Source: Clostridia bacterium (GTDB taxonomy: Bacteria; Bacillota; Clostridia; Oscillospirales; Acutalibacteraceae). From it: 52,199 nt of DNA. This document shows positions 50,852 through 52,199 of the stretch, piece by piece (position 1 is the first letter of the stretch; each line of letters starts with the position of its first letter). The position numbers and the translations under genes were made by a program. Location: positions 1-52,199 of the forward strand of contig JAKSPN010000001.1 of NCBI GenBank assembly GCA_024404755.1, read 5' to 3'. The notes beneath the pieces are model-generated. The model did not search any database. It had not been told where the DNA came from and saw nothing but the letters and a program-made list of their open reading frames with translations.

Positions 50852-51775
50852 TCAGTTTTCTTTTCTCTTTTCCGGCAACTGTGCCAGCACGATAGCGGCG
50901 AACATCAACACGCAACCGCCCACCTGAATCCACGTCGGGATTTGCCCGAGTAGGAGTGCCGCGGCAAGCACCGCGAACACGGATTCGAGGCTCATCAGCA
51001 TAGAAGCGAGTGTCGGCGGTGTATACTTTTGGCCGAGAATTTGCAAGGTATAGGCAAGCCCGCTCGACAACATACCGGCATAGAGGATTTCCACCCACGC
51101 GCCGCATATGGCCGACACCGACGGCTGCTCGAACGCGAGCATTCCGAGTCCGGACAACACGCCGACCACCGCAAATTGGAAGCACGAGAGTTCCACCCCG
51201 TCCACCTCGTCGATAAAGCGGTCCACGATAAGAATTTGCACCGCGAAGAAAATCGCGCTGCCGAACACGAGAATATCGCCGAAATCCGGCCGCGTTTTGC
51301 CGGTCATACAAAGGAGATACAAGCCCAAAAGCGCAAGCGCCACGCCGACCCACACGTTGCCGCCGACTTTTTTCCTTAAAAACAACCCGAACAGCGGCAC
51401 AAGCAGAATGTACAACGCGGTTACAAAGCCCGCTTTGCCCACCACCGCGCCGTCGGTCGCCGTTCCGGCGATGGAAGCCGCCAAATCGTTATAGTAGATG
51501 CCGAACTGTTGCAGACAACACGCGATACAGAGCGTTACACCGCAGGCAAGCCCCACTTTGAGAAAGGTCTTTTTGTCGCTTTTGGTCGCCGTCCCCTTTT
51601 TGCGCCGCACAAGAATCCACGGCAACAGCACAAGCGCGCCCAAAAACGAGCGCGCCGACTGAAACGTGAACGATTCCACGTACTGCATAGCGGTGCTCTG
51701 CGCCACAAACGCCGAGCCCCAAATCATCGCGCAAAGCGTGAGCATCGCGATGCCTTTTAGCCGATTTTTTGTCAT
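50852..51775 (-). CDS. DMT-superfamily (EamA) transporter
   Basis: Ten predicted TM segments, a duplicated EamA architecture, and N-terminal IWGSAFVAQ. Confidence 0.82.
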   Translation of the reverse strand: MTKNRLKGIAMLTLCAMIWGSAFVAQSTAMQYVESFTFQSARSFLGALVLLPWILVRRKKGTATKSDKKTFLKVGLACGVTLCIACCLQQFGIYYNDLAASIAGTATDGAVVGKAGFVTALYILLVPLFGLFLRKKVGGNVWVGVALALLGLYLLCMTGKTRPDFGDILVFGSAIFFAVQILIVDRFIDEVDGVELSCFQFAVVGVLSGLGMLAFEQPSVSAICGAWVEILYAGMLSSGLAYTLQILGQKYTPPTLASMLMSLESVFAVLAAALLLGQIPTWIQVGGCVLMFAAIVLAQLPEKRKEN

Positions 51776-51795
51776 AATTCCTCCGAAACACCCAT

Positions 51796-51831
51796 AAAAA
51801 TCCCGCTTTGAAAATCAAAGCGGGATTTTTG
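51796..51831 (-). terminator. rho-independent terminator of the truncated paralog gene
   Basis: TCCCGCTTTG-AAAAT-CAAAGCGGGA, flanked by A and T runs. Confidence 0.75.
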
Positions 51832-51837
51832 GTTTTG

Positions 51838-52199
51838 TTAGTTCAGATAGTCGCCCCAGTGGAGACGAAGCGCTTTCATCGTGGATTCCGAGTGGATTGC
51901 GTAACCCACCGGGAAATCGTTTTCCAACTCACGGTTATCCACCTTTTGGTTGAGTTTGTACAATTCCGACCAAGCAGTGTAAATACCCTCTTCGTGGAAG
52001 TCCACGTGGTCGCCCTCGCCGGAGTTGCCGAGTTCGATACCGAACACCACTTTGGTGCCGTACTGTTTGGCGGCGGGAATGATGTTCGTGCCGCAGCCGT
52101 AGATATCCGCGTATTTATCGCGATAGGACATCATGCACATACAATCGCAGTTGGCGGCGATGATGTTGTAAATGCCGGTCACGCCGTTATACTCCAAAT
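51838..52199 (-). CDS. C-terminal part of a third paralog of the GH18-like core (5' end lies outside the window)
   Basis: CMCMMSYRDK...FGIELGNSGEGDHVDFHEEG...GYAIHSES aligns with LMSYR...YGVETDNSGEDGVDFHDS...GMAIHQNRS of 7561-9312. Confidence 0.8.
   Translation of the reverse strand, partial: LEYNGVTGIYNIIAANCDCMCMMSYRDKYADIYGCGTNIIPAAKQYGTKVVFGIELGNSGEGDHVDFHEEGIYTAWSELYKLNQKVDNRELENDFPVGYAIHSESTMKALRLHWGDYLN

Overview
GC-rich chromosomal segment, by eye in the high-50s % GC (not computed). Gene content points to a spore-forming member of the Clostridia, Oscillospiraceae/Ruminococcaceae-like: RemA, a SPOCS/LysM protein, PrkC with PASTA repeats, a dockerin, and a class-A RNase P RNA. About 80% of the window is conserved housekeeping, almost all on the minus strand from 67 to 41378. 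In order it holds the NAD salvage string pncA-nadE-pncB, a DUF368 membrane protein, rnpB, a class-B PBP, mltG, DJ-1, tmk-thyX, feoAB (plus strand), mreB, comFC, recD2 and trkA. It continues with the canonical block rsgA-prkC-stp-rlmN-rsmB-fmt-def-priA-rpoZ-gmk-remA-yicC, then an RluA-type pseudouridine synthase and bioY. The right third holds an M29 aminopeptidase, pyrR, a PPi-type phosphofructokinase and an EamA transporter. I saw no CRISPR array, tRNA, rRNA, transposase, integrase or prophage gene. Six regions are not routine. (1) Two tandem secreted proteins (2651-9312) plus a third paralog cut by the window edge (51838-52199) share an unrecognised enzyme-like core with GH18-like motif spacing. 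One copy carries a dockerin. The other carries a CBM-like module, 7 Listeria-Bacteroides repeats and 4 FN3-like repeats. (2) An AT-richer islet (43365-45120) contains a recent tandem duplication of a Cys/His-motif lipoprotein gene together with the 5' end of a GIY-YIG gene. The result is mosaic paralogs and an in-frame GIY-YIG remnant. (3) A tight DUF1015-oadB-oadG-like operon (46644-49206) lacks any carboxyltransferase or biotin-carrier subunit. (4) A double-zinc-ribbon protein is paired with a TPM-domain membrane protein (18830-20685). (5) A triple-repeat lipoprotein is translationally coupled to bioY. (6) ThyX carries an unusually Cys-rich C-terminal part. All coordinates were hand-indexed and all family assignments rest on motifs read from the translations. 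No database search was possible.
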